This document shows positions 12,360-23,663 of a stretch of DNA of 64,000 nucleotides, in pieces. Source of the stretch: Phoronis australis (Eukaryota > Animalia > Phoronida); the NCBI GenBank assembly GCA_002633005.1, contig NMRA01000199.1, positions 442,995 to 506,994 of the forward strand, written 5' to 3'. Under the pieces are notes generated by a model. It ran no database searches and was not told the DNA's origin. It was given only the letters and a program-made list of their open reading frames with translations. Both the position numbers and the translations under genes were made by a program. How positions within the stretch are numbered: the stretch's first letter is position 1; each line of letters opens with the position of its first letter.

Positions 12360-15145
12360 TCATTCCTGCTCGGAAGTTGTCATCCAAGCCATAACCATAA
12401 GATGTGGCGACTCCTGTGGAACGCTTGCAGAATTAGCTGCAGACAATTTAATGTTGCCATCATTCACACCGAGTGAACGTAACAGGGTCAAACTGAAACC
12501 ATTAAAATCGACCTTAATCATTCCATTCCCCACAAGGTTCTTGTAACTTCTTGCAGGACTGTCCTGGACGAGAAATTCGCCGGAAATGAAAGGTCGCCAT
12601 TCCTCAACATCTTCGCTGAAAACCTGAAAGTTTCCCATTTCATTTTCGGAAGATGGCGTGGACTGTACAACTTGTAAATCACGGGTGAATTCCTCGACTG
12701 GAGTGTGGCAATCGTAAGCGCACTTTTTAATTACTCTTAGAACCATCTTATGCACTGCTCCCCACAAACCGGCGGGTACAAGGGCTAACATTTGATGGGT
12801 CGGATGGAATAAAACGTAGACTGGCTGGTCACTGAAGTCGAACTCAAGCGCCATATCTGGTAGTTTCGTTATCAATGCATCGGCCACCGGGCCATCCGTC
12901 AACTTGTCTTCCCACTTCTTGCGGTTGTCTTTGTCAATAGTTAGTATCTAAAACATAAATGTTACCTCCATTAATTTTCATTGTCACGAGTGCATACATA
13001 ACGGCAATTTCTTACACAGAAAACGATAATTCCCAGGAAAGCGGAAAATTCAAAAATGGCAGGTTTCAATTTTATACTTCCCCCCAAAGTATAAGCCCGG
13101 GCGCACTTTCGGAACAGGGGGCATTATACAGCAAGTCATGACGGGTGTTTGCCCAAGTGCAAATCTTAAGCTAAAATGACCTGCGTAAAGTATCCGTTGA
13201 ATATAAATATCACTTTGTATTCCGGTTTCTTAGGCATGTAAAAAAATGATATAAATACCGAGATCGCGTGACAGAAAGTGAAATAAATATTAATTGATTA
13301 ATATCGTCTGCTTCTCACGCAGACAAGTTGCTGGGACCGTTCGTTTTGGAAAACCCTTAAATCATGTTTGTGGCTCCCATATGCTAGTCTATGTTTGGAA
13401 AGTTTCACAAAATGAACACTTTCAAGTGGAAATTGCCAGCATTTATTCTTACTTCCATTTGCTTAATCTGTCATCAATAGCATGGGAATGTACGTGCATT
13501 CTTCGATAGGAAGCATAGGTCATGCATTTGTTGCACTGTGATACCTTGCACTCATCTCTCAATTGTACAAACCATTCATCGAATTTGGCAATTGACAGCT
13601 TTCTTTGAACAAAGTAATTTCACTTGGGCATCAAATAAACAACTGATTGCCTGTGCAAAATATATGTGAGTCATTCACCTAGGTATGTGCATCAATTATT
13701 TAAAGCCCGCTACTGCTGGAGGTGACATTAGTGAAAATCCCACCCTCTCATGCCGGCGTGGGGGTATTTCTGTCCCATACCTATTGAGGTCATGCGTGAA
13801 ATGGTCCCTCTTTTGCGAGTTCAGTTGGTTTCCCGTCACGAAGGTGATCGCTTGTGCGCACTTCAGGCATGTAGCAGGCATGTTACATTCAAAGTTCGAG
13901 AATGAATGGCTGTATGACAGAAGTTGGCAAACGAGCAAGTAACTTGCACCTCACAGGTGAAAATTGAGGCTACGAAAATATCCGAGGTGCTACGGATGTC
14001 CCCGAGGCTAAGAAAATACTAGAGTTCCGGGTGATGATACCTGCATTACCAAACATCGAGATTCAGGCGGGCTATGTTCCTATTAGAGGGTTCAAAGTAT
14101 TGGCATGGCCCGGATCTATATTTAAGAACGCTACTGAAACTTTTGATCAAAAGTCAGCTAGGGACGAAGGCCTATAGCTGGCAGATGTCTGTTCAAGTTA
14201 CACAGACAGCAATAAGAGTGTTTGTGTCTGTGCAAGCGTGTGAGCGTGCGTGCGCGCGTATGGGTGTTTGTGTGGTTGTCAGCCTAATTTATGGATGTCC
14301 TTATTTGTCCTAAATATGAGTATTTTCGGAAAAGTCATGCACGCATTCATAGGCTACCGTGACGTCCACTGGGCATGTGTGGGCCTTACATTCGGATAGC
14401 GAAACCAGGTCACTTCAATAATACAACGACACTAGTTTGGTAAACATTATTCGACAGTCGTTTTTCTTTGATTAATCAATTTCTGTGCTAGCTTGTTCTT
14501 CATTTTACCCCGCAGCCAAATATCAAGCCTGGGAATAAAGCACAGCTCACAGTACGCCACGTGTACATGTGCACATAGCCTATGTATCATTCGTTCAGAG
14601 AGCAACTGTACGCCTATTGACGCACGAACAACCTGTTGTTATCAATGAGTTGGCCCTCTATTAGTGTGTTTCTGATGGCGTGAACTGCAACTGAAAAACG
14701 ACGATAGTATTTTCCTCAGTAAACTAACCCTCATTACCTTGTAACACTGTGCAACGCTATCTAGTTGCAAGCATGAGACTGCCATGGGTTATTCATTGTG
14801 TCGAAGCTGCTGACCTGCATAATGAAAAAACGCTGTTTAGTATATACAAAGTCAACTGACCTCTTCCTCGCCGTGAGCAGCTCTCATTCGTACGTAGGAC
14901 TTCACATCATGGTTAGTGAACACCATTTCACGATTGACGAGTACAGTATCGAGTGCTGTTTTTTCTTCGGGGTCTACAGCTCCGTCTTTTGATGTCGTCA
15001 CGAAGTATTTGAGGGAGTACATGTTGCTACACGCTTGTGACAATTTTGTTCGGAAGTGGAGTAGGAGGTTTGACCTAACCTTGTGATTATGTTCGATTTC
15101 TACCTCCTTCGCGGAAAACTCGTCGCCTTTGTGGGCTGGTTTCAT
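12360..15145 (-). CDS. YfiH/LACC1(FAMIN)-fold protein with degenerate active site, 290 aa. Coding exons 15145-14861 and 12947-12360
   Basis: A phase-0 GT-AG intron (GAG|GTCAGT ... TTTTAG|ATA) joins two ORFs in frame. Ordered motifs match the family: YFVTTSKDG (FTTRxGG), VLVNRE (VxxNR), RAAHG (QVHG), ADALITKLPDMAL (ADALIT..PGVAL), FSDQP (TADCxP), LALVPAGLWG (IAAVHAGWRG), KVDF..LLRSLGV..NI (DL...LxxxGV..NI). A 5' UTR acceptor lies at 15210-15211. Confidence 0.8.
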
Positions 15146-15440
15146 AATTTTTTCTGCCTTAAGTTAGACCGAAATCGGACTTAATGCCTTAGCCCTCTTT
15201 CATGAAATTCTATAAAACAAAATTAAGACTGAAAGTTAACCTGTTACAGAGTGGTCTAAATGGTCGACATTTCCTGAGGACTGTTATTACTGTAAACTAG
15301 ATTGAGGAACAAATTTCGTTAATATTATTTCACAAATAACGTCCCGAAACAATCTCAAATTGAAGATCGCCTTTCGATTCAAGAACCGACATAGGCCGTA
15401 GATCGGAGTTCGAGTCCGTAGAGACAATGCAGTCGATTTG

Positions 15441-15583
15441 CTTGGGCGGCGCACCATAGGGGGGCTGGGGGGCTAAGTCCCCCCACTTTTTTCAGTGCTC
15501 CGGCGCCCATGGCCTATGGGCGGTGTACCACAGGGGGGCTGGGGGACTATGGCCCCACTTTTTTCAGTGCTGCGCCGCCCATG
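15441..15583. mobile_element. Tandem pair of about 70-bp CATGGGCGG-family mini-MITEs (15441-15511, 15515-15583)
   Basis: The two copies are similar to each other and to the reverse complement of 6921-6990 (shared CCCACTTTTTTCAGTGCT..GCCCATG). Confidence 0.75.
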
Positions 15584-15944
15584 ACCGGCACATGTGAAAT
15601 GGCATTTTCCAGTCTCACCAGGGTGTTCTCATGCAAACAATATCCCAATCGTATTAAAATGTCTCGATTTACAGTTGCTAGACCAAGATTATTCTCAGTG
15701 CTGTAGTGGTGGTATGCATACGCCTCCGAAGTGTACATTGTCTTTGATCCTCCCGTCACCCACTTTTCTTCTCCGTACCTATAATTTCCTCGTTAACTCG
15801 CTTCCTTTAATTCTATTATTGGCCGTTAGGGCTTCTTTTTCATTTTCTCAAAAATTGCCTCTGTCGACTCTCCACGCATGTGCGTTCGATGTTACACGTA
15901 ACTTATAATGGGTGTTTCTTTAGTGCCGCGTGTATCGGAGTATG

Positions 15945-16378
15945 TATGGGCCGCGGAAAAAAGTTACTAGAAAAATCAAACCTAATTCGTAAAAATCAAA
16001 CCTATTTTGTAAAAATCAATCGTGTTTGGAAAATCAAATCTATCTCGTAAAAATCAAAACTGTTTGGAGAATCAAACCTGTCGGTGGAAACGGGAACTAG
16101 CTAAGTGCGTGGGAAGGGCAAAATTACAAATTTGATTTGATTTTTATTAACTATTCTTTGCCCTTTCCGCAGTCCACGCCGCGTTAATAGGAAAATCATT
16201 CCTAATTTGTAAAAATCAATCCTGTTTAGAAAATCAAACCTATCTCGTAAAAATCAAACCTGTTTGGAAAATCAAACATTTCGGTGGAAACAGGAATTAG
16301 CTAATTTCGCGAAAAGGGCAAAATTACGAATTAGATTTCATTTTTATTGACTATTTTTTGCCCTTTCCGCGGCCCATA
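15945..16378. mobile_element. MITE with 15-bp TIRs and internal AAAATCAAACCT repeats
   Basis: TATGGGCCGCGGAAA / TTTCCGCGGCCCATA is a perfect TIR pair. The interior is a roughly 200-bp block duplicated once and built from about 19-bp subrepeats. Flanks AGTATG/AGTAAG may be a TSD. Confidence 0.75.
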
Positions 16379-18011
16379 AGTAAGTTTTTTGTACTTAGTC
16401 ATATTATCATATCTATTTTTGACTATCGTCTTTAATAAGCAGTAATAATCAACCTTACATTCGGCATCCTTTTACTAAGAACAGGCTTCACGTGACATCA
16501 TTTGCAAATGTGAGTGACATAAATGCAAATACACTCCTGGACTTTCCATGTCGGGATTTATACTGGGCTCAAAATGTTCTAACCTTTTCATTACTTAATG
16601 AACATGCACTACTTCATAAGTGCGTTTCAATTACTAATTAGACATACCTGTGCTCTAGCATTCTTTGACTTAAAGCATAGATCATGGGAAACACACGTTT
16701 GAAGAAGGTATAAAGTGCACATGTACGTACATGTACTAATTATAAAATGTGCATGCTCAGTTTTGCCGTGTACTCTTTTAAGCAGATCACACGTGGCACT
16801 GTTAATTTTACACAAAACGCAATTTATCTTACTGGCTGCGAAGTATTTCGAACTGGTGTTATCAGTACACCTGGCGTTCTAAGTTAGAATGCTTACAAGG
16901 TCCTTTAACAGGGAACTGAAGATCGGTGCCAGAGATATTCGCCGATCGATAAACGGACGATTCATTTGAACCCAGTAAATATGCTGTCCTGAAAACGTTT
17001 TTCTGTTGTACTCTGCTCATGAGCTGCGACTTGGAGTGACATAAAACGCGTTGACGTGAGTTAGATTAATTTCCATTATTCAAAGTGGTTCTCTGCCACG
17101 TATTCCACTGGCCATTAGTGACTATTCACCAGGTATTTTACGGTTTGTCCGTAAAGATTTTGAATCTCTGTTGGAGTCGAGCATTTTCTTTCAGTTTCAA
17201 ATTTCGGGAAAAAAAACAATCTGTCAGCTGCTCGTCGATTTTTTTGGCAAAGCACGTCTCCTTATTTGGTATGGCATGACATAGACGTAGCACAAGGAAA
17301 GTATGACTTTTGACCTCGTAAGCAAAACACTGAGAAGCAGTTGGTCCGACTTATTTGAGGCATGAGCGCAGAGGGGTGGACAATTTGAAAACTGTATTGG
17401 TTATGAAAGAGTTTTTATTTCGTCTGTATTTCAAAAGTAGTGAATATGACCATTTTTTCTCGAAATTCTTGAAATACTCAAAGTGATTTGCACTCACGTT
17501 AGCATTTCCAAGACTGAAGTAGATTCGCCACAACCTGTTTAAAGTTATTTTTATGAGTTTTCGCGATCCATTCCTCTTTTAAAACCTGCGTGATGGTTAG
17601 AACTGTAGATATGGAAATTCCCACTAGATATTGAATAATATCAATGTTTATGGCGTCGTTTTGTGGCAACTGATTCAGACTTCAAGTACGAGATTCATGG
17701 TTTTGGGGTCACCCCTTCGGGCTTGAAGTAACTGGTTCTTAGCTAAAGTCAGAGCATTGTATTTCCTCAAGCCTAATTAACGCTGCAACCAATCCCTGAC
17801 CCAGCAATGACTGCCAAATGGTTTAGGCAGGGCCTCGCTATCTGTGTTGATTACACGCGTGCGTGCAATAAACGCGAATCGACGATGTGAGACTCAAGTT
17901 TTTAGTTGAGCAATAGTTTCTAAAATAGAAATCAGAAGTTTTCTACTATTTTACACGTAGACTGACTGGACGTCTTCGCACACGCTTCGTATGATAAAAT
18001 GTCACTAAATA

Positions 18012-20570
18012 ATGATCCCGGTGCGTTTTTTCTTGACAATGTCAACATGTTTCATATGCATCCAATGGATTTGCCTTACAGCCGGTGCAACAGATTGCCA
18101 GCCGCTTCCTAACTCTTCCATTCGCTGTCACGAGCTGGTTCAAGTGGTCGTCCTTCATCATTCAAGATCTAAGAGGCAGTTGTCCCCCGGAACATCGGAG
18201 TTACATTTTAGTGCCTTTGGTCGCAACTTTTCTATAGACCTGAAGGAAAACAGACACGTCATAGAAAGAGACCTGAATATCGAGATCGTGGAGGACGGCA
18301 GCGTGTCTCGGTACGACATGGCATCTTTGAAGTCACTTTTGTATATTGGGACAGTCAGGGGCGAGACTTCTTCGTTTGTTGAGGGTTGGATAAACTTTGA
18401 AAATAACGAATTTGATGGTTCTATTATAGTTGAAGATGTACAGTTTTTCATTGAACCACTATCAAGATATTTTAGCTTCGAAAACTACAACGAAACGTTT
18501 AGGAAAAAAAACACGGTAATTTACAGAGCGAGTGACATAGTTGTCAACCAATCAAAACCAGCAGTGTGCGGTGGGATAAAAAAGACTGGAGACAAACCAG
18601 GCATCATTCGGACAGTGGTGTCCAGTAAAGAACATTTTGAAAAGTGGAAGCACTCTGTTCTTCGATTTAAGCGACAACACGGTGACTCACAACGTACTAA
18701 AGTCTGTTCCTTGCACGTGGTAGCCGATCACTCTTTTTTCACGCACACTGGTCTGTCTAGTGTTGGGATAACAATAAAGGAGATGACGCATCATATTTTG
18801 AACGCTGATGCTGTGTTCAGAACAACAAAATTCGATGGACGAAATGATCATATATTAGGATTGAAAGTAGGAAAGATAACAATATACAAAAATCAAAACG
18901 GGTTCAAGTACTTGCTGAAAGACAATGTTGTGGAGGCAACGACGTACCTGAAATTTTTCGGGAAGCAGCACGACTTCAAGAATTTCTGTCTGGGTCTAGG
19001 TTATACATATAGGGACTTCCCACACGGTGTGGTGGGTCTGGCTTATATTGGGAACGTGTCCTATTCGATAAACGGTGGGATCTGCGCAAGGAATGAAATC
19101 ACTCGCTCTGGAAGATACAGTGTTAATGCTGCTATTGTCACTGGAATGAATTATGGAATGCAGGTATCGAGGCTCATGATATCTGTGACTACAGCTCATG
19201 AGATCGGACACACCTTTGGCAGTGACCACGATCCTCCTAAATGCTCACCCGGCGGAGCTCGCGGTAACTACGTTATGTATCATATCTCCGGCACGGGACT
19301 TCTTCCTCATCACAGAATTTTTTCTCAGTGCAGTATCAGTCAAATTTGGCTTGTTGTCTTGAGAAAAGGAACTTGCTTTGTCAATGACGAGGAAAGCACC
19401 TGTGGAAACGGTGTAAAGGAGAATGGTGAAGAGTGCGATTGTGGCGACGTGGAGCAATGCCCGTATATTGATCGATGTTGTGTGCCTGCGACAACTTCCG
19501 GCGAAGATGGAACACCCTGTACGGTTAAGAAAAACTTGGGCTACAAGTGCTCGTCCAACTCTCCATGCTGCAATCCAAAAACTTGTCAGTTGTACACTCG
19601 TCAAGACAATGTTCAGTGTGAGCTAGGTATGGATTGCCAAGAAGAATCGTACTGTGATGGTGCGAACGAGACCTGTCCAATAGCACAAGTTAAGAGAAAC
19701 GACTCCCCTTGTGGGTTTGGTTCCAAGCTGTGTCTCAACGGCTTGTGCAACACCACTCTGTGTGCGAAACACGGACTGCACAAATGCGAGTGCTCTGAAG
19801 AGAAAAACATGTGCAAACTATGCTGCCATGATAAGAACAGTGGACGGTGCACACCATATAAGTCCCATGGCGGCAAGGAAGTGTTATTTTCACACGGCGA
19901 AACGTGTGACGAATACAACGGCATTTGTACCGCCACTAGTACCTGCTACAGAAGACAGTTTCCAGTGATGGAAGGTCGTTTCGTCGAAGGTCTTTCCAAT
20001 GTCGCAAAAGCGTTTAAAAAATACTGGTACATCGTGGTAATTATAATCATTCTGCTTGCCTTCGGGGGAGTTGTATTATATATCAACTTCTTCGCAAGCC
20101 ACGATTACCAAGCTCTTGCTTATCAGACGGGGAACTTTGCTCGAGTGTGGTTTGAAGTAAAACGACAAGCGCTCTTACTATATCACAAGTCGAATCTCGC
20201 TAGTCGTTTTACTTTCCAACGGAATTCTGACTGTGACCAAGCAAGCGCATGTGGCCGCTTAATGGCCATGTTTCCTACCGTAAAAGCAACCAAATCCGCC
20301 AAGCTTGTTTCGTTCAGCAGCCATGAAGAGTTTGCTGTGAGGGTTTTGCTGATACTCGGCTATCCAATGAGGGTATTTAAATCTGAACTTCATTCAGAAT
20401 CTGTTCTAAAGACAAGTTCCGCGTCGACGATATCTTCGATGGCGGGATCGTCGTTATCACTTATTACGGAAACGGCTTATACGGTCAATGAATTCAGTGA
20501 CTTCTCCCTGCCTGTTGAGTCTACCGTTGGTGGCTCGCTTACTTCTTGCACTAGTGCCACGCAAGATTGA
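18012..20570 (+). CDS. Intronless ADAM10/ADAM17(kuzbanian)-like disintegrin metalloprotease, 852 aa
   Basis: Domains in order: signal peptide; prodomain (FSAFGRNF, FFIEP..RYF, VIYRASD, Cys-switch-like VCG); furin site RFKR; ADH..F; RDF..GVVGLAY; zinc motif HEIGHTFGSDHD (19197-19232); Met-turn NYVMY; disintegrin CGNG..E.GEECDCG; Cys-rich CKLCC; transmembrane segment WYIVVIIIILLAFGGVVLYI; cytoplasmic tail. Confidence 0.95.
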   Translation: MIPVRFFLTMSTCFICIQWICLTAGATDCQPLPNSSIRCHELVQVVVLHHSRSKRQLSPGTSELHFSAFGRNFSIDLKENRHVIERDLNIEIVEDGSVSRYDMASLKSLLYIGTVRGETSSFVEGWINFENNEFDGSIIVEDVQFFIEPLSRYFSFENYNETFRKKNTVIYRASDIVVNQSKPAVCGGIKKTGDKPGIIRTVVSSKEHFEKWKHSVLRFKRQHGDSQRTKVCSLHVVADHSFFTHTGLSSVGITIKEMTHHILNADAVFRTTKFDGRNDHILGLKVGKITIYKNQNGFKYLLKDNVVEATTYLKFFGKQHDFKNFCLGLGYTYRDFPHGVVGLAYIGNVSYSINGGICARNEITRSGRYSVNAAIVTGMNYGMQVSRLMISVTTAHEIGHTFGSDHDPPKCSPGGARGNYVMYHISGTGLLPHHRIFSQCSISQIWLVVLRKGTCFVNDEESTCGNGVKENGEECDCGDVEQCPYIDRCCVPATTSGEDGTPCTVKKNLGYKCSSNSPCCNPKTCQLYTRQDNVQCELGMDCQEESYCDGANETCPIAQVKRNDSPCGFGSKLCLNGLCNTTLCAKHGLHKCECSEEKNMCKLCCHDKNSGRCTPYKSHGGKEVLFSHGETCDEYNGICTATSTCYRRQFPVMEGRFVEGLSNVAKAFKKYWYIVVIIIILLAFGGVVLYINFFASHDYQALAYQTGNFARVWFEVKRQALLLYHKSNLASRFTFQRNSDCDQASACGRLMAMFPTVKATKSAKLVSFSSHEEFAVRVLLILGYPMRVFKSELHSESVLKTSSASTISSMAGSSLSLITETAYTVNEFSDFSLPVESTVGGSLTSCTSATQD

Positions 20571-21330
20571 TGAAATGTTTAAGACTTCCCTGGAAGGTTC
20601 TAGTAATACTCATATATAGTTTAGTCTATCCGAGAGTAATATTATCACCCCCTCGTATTCAGTGGATATTTGCTCAGTATTTGCTTGTTGACTAGGCCTC
20701 GTCGAGCGACCTCTAGAAACTATCAAAGTGTTTATGAACCAACGAAACAGAAAATGGGGTGGGCCAGGTTTGAAGACAGTTACGTAGACAAAATGAGGAA
20801 CGATTGACGCGAAGGGTATTCAGCAGTTGTTTTGGAGATGTTTTGAATAAAAAGTCTGCACATATGAGTTAAGCCCATATCGGGAAGTCTCGTCATTTTG
20901 AAAGCATTTCATTTTTGTTGCAAATACAGGAAGCTTTTAAACAAATGGAAATTGAAAGAATGGGCAGGATTGCATAAAACTTTGACAGGATTGGAGTATG
21001 AAGTTTTAAGTCGAATTTCAAGTACAGAGATTAGATTCTTGTAAAACGCAATCTAATTGCTGAAGATTTATCAGATAGATAACCTATAGTTGCAATTTTT
21101 AGGGCTGCGTCCCGCGTCATTGGAGCAAAAAATAGTTTTATTGACGCACTACGTTTGCTCACCTCGGGTCAAGTGGTGCATTAACATTCTGTCGACAATC
21201 ACGTTAATTGTATGCTGCCTTGCCACGGAAGTAATTATGCACAAATGTGCACCACATTAAAATTCATAAACCCACCAGGCGGGGATCACGTCTTTTGTGG
21301 ACAAGCGTTCAGCACCACCTAGGTTTCGGC

Positions 21331-21790
21331 CTAACAGTGTTTTAACACCTTTCCTGCTATCATACTACCGGCAATGACTTCACGTATGACATCTAATACC
21401 AAATTATGCCTGCAACTATACCATACGCACTTGAACCCTTTACTGCAGACAGATAATATATGTCTCATACTACCACTTCTATGGCAAAGACGGCAAGAAG
21501 AATTTGCTTGCAAACCCCACCTCGCCAAATTGGCTGGTGATGGCAAGACATCATATGTAGACTGGATGAGGAACTTCAAATGGCCTGCACTCATACTCCA
21601 CCAATCGTTTCAACTGATGACCTGCTGTTCCACACCATCCCAATTCAGCCACCGTCTCTCTTGCACCTGCTGCACACCTTGCACTAACCGGCGTTCTTCC
21701 TCGGTTTGTCGGACTTCTTGCTCTCGTACTTTCCTTCTTTCGACCTCCTTGTCTCTTACCAAAAATGTTCCCTCTGGGTCACTCCAATAC
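21331..21790 (-). mobile_element. Decayed non-LTR retrotransposon fragment, restriction-like-endonuclease type (HERO/R2-group-like)
   Basis: Translation WLNWDGVEQQVISWNDWWSMSAGHLKFLIQSTYDVLPSPANLARWG..CRLC...GSMRHILSVC......YSCRHNLVL contains the CCHC knuckle followed by the RH motif typical of RLE-bearing LINEs. It is truncated and has upstream stops. Confidence 0.8.
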
Positions 21791-23375
21791 CTCTTCTGCC
21801 ATCAGTCACCACAACAACAAGCGTACATATAGGTAAACCTCATGAAATACATAAGCTTCCGACGGCGTTGTCCAGCGGTGTAACTAGCGCAACTGGGAAA
21901 AGTCTTCATGTAATTACCTCAGTTGAAATTTACGAATCGTAAATATTGATCTAAAAGCTTAAAGCTTCTCAAGGACAACAGACACCGGGTATTACGGTTT
22001 CCAAAGATGCGGACATTGCTCGTAGGCCCAAGACAGCAGAATGCGGGTCGTGTGTTCACCTCCTGACTGGGTAAAAAAGCACTCTAACTGAAGCTCTGCA
22101 ACAAAATTTTCTTGGCGTCTTTCTGAATGTAGTATACTTTTCAACGGACCACTTATAAACGACATTTATCCATGTAGCGAAGGTTAAACAATAAACGACA
22201 AGAACGGGGCCATGGTACTATTGAAAGCTTTCGTCCTGATATTCTTTTAATTGTAAGTAACAGTGGTTTGTTGAACTTTTTTTAAAGCTAACATGCCCAT
22301 GTGGCCGTGTACCACCGTCTTAACCTTGTGTAATGGGAAATCTGTCAATTTTTGAAGGTTATCATTACGCACGTGTATATTATATAAACACACACACATA
22401 CACACAAAAAATGTCTTGAAAATTTACTCATATATTTGAGGCCCAGTGGGTCAATTGATCCATAAACGCATTTTCCAAAATGAACTCTCAACTTTTAAAA
22501 AAATATCTGTGAAGACATTTTGCCACGAATAAATGAAAGGGGCCACTACTTCATTACCTTTGTAAAAGATACCTTTTCAAGAAATTTCCATTATACTATT
22601 GAAATAAAGGAACACTAAAGTTCACCAATTGAAGGGTGAAAATTAAAAATTTATGCACAGTATTACTTAATATTTTCCTTGGGTCCACCCAGGAAAACAG
22701 TTTTAAAAGTTTAAATGAATGTTTACTAAGGTGGAGCTGGGAAGTCAGAGCAAGAAATTTTTGGCAAACAAGCGGGCCTGAGTTTGACAAACTTGACTTT
22801 GTTGAATTGGCACCTTTTTCATGGCCCTGCGGCGTGTCCTCGTGGTGATATGGGGCGAGTATCTGGTGAAAAATCCACGAAAAGAAATCCAGAATTGAGG
22901 ACGACCTTTTTGCTCCTTTTCCTACTATTTGTCTCACAATTCATTGTTTATTAATATAGACTAAAATCAAAAGCCTTCTGTCGACGCTGATATTCATTAT
23001 CGTACGTTGACTTACCTCCCAAATAAACTAATTTCACGAAAAATCTTCAGAAAGTTGCAATTAGCAAATGTGTTTGTGTTTTCTGTTAAAACAACTTTCA
23101 ATTTACGTCAATAACCCGTAAAATGCTTTCATTGTATTCCTTGCTCATGGTTCACCAACCGATAAGCACCATTCTGTACTTAAGAAATACCTGCCTTAAG
23201 CACTAAGAAAACGTGCCCAAACTCACAAAAAGGCTCACTGGGTGCTCAATAGTGTGAACAGACATCGAGACAGCCCCAGTCGTGTTTGTGAATCGGCGCA
23301 TGCGAGTTCTTGGATGTGTTCCTCAAGTTAGGTTGGCACCGTGTTTGGCGGTCTGTAAGACATGTACGTGCGTAG

Positions 23376-23663
23376 CAGTGGCGGATTTAGGGGTGGGGGA
23401 TGCCCCCTAAAATTCTCCCAGATTTCATTTGGCAGTTCGCGGTGCGAATTCCTGGCTGACATATGCACTCCTAGGGGGGCTCGGGGGCGAATGCACAATG
23501 CATCGCCTTGAACAAACCCCGTTTTTTACTTTTTTAGTAATAAGGTCCACAAACCCAAAGGTTCAAGACCCCTACATTTTAGGCTAAGTGCGCACATGTG
23601 GCGAAATTCTGGTTATTCCTGTGCCCTNCCCCCCCCCAACTCAAAATCCTGTATCCGCCAGTG
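23376..23663. mobile_element. CAGTGGCGGAT-family MITE copy 2 with a nested element at about 23460-23598
   Basis: TIRs CAGTGGCGGATTTAGG / CCTGTATCCGCCAGTG and perfect 5-bp TSD CGTAG. Compared with the 34360 copy, it carries an insert ending CCCCTACATTTTAGGCTAAGTGCGCACATG, which matches the family at about 4840-4906 and 33671-33916. Confidence 0.75.

Noticed and set aside
13700-13750. 2A/StopGo-like peptide (LLL.GGDISENP) in the intron of the YfiH-like gene
   Set aside because: It lacks the required D(V/I)ExNPGP (it reads DISENPTL), needs a frameshift, and has no associated long ORF.
18158-19968. Short antisense and alternate-frame ORFs overlapping the ADAM gene (and similar ones over LC8, the EGF gene and MCC exons)
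   Set aside because: These are shadow ORFs expected from codon structure, with no independent coding signal.
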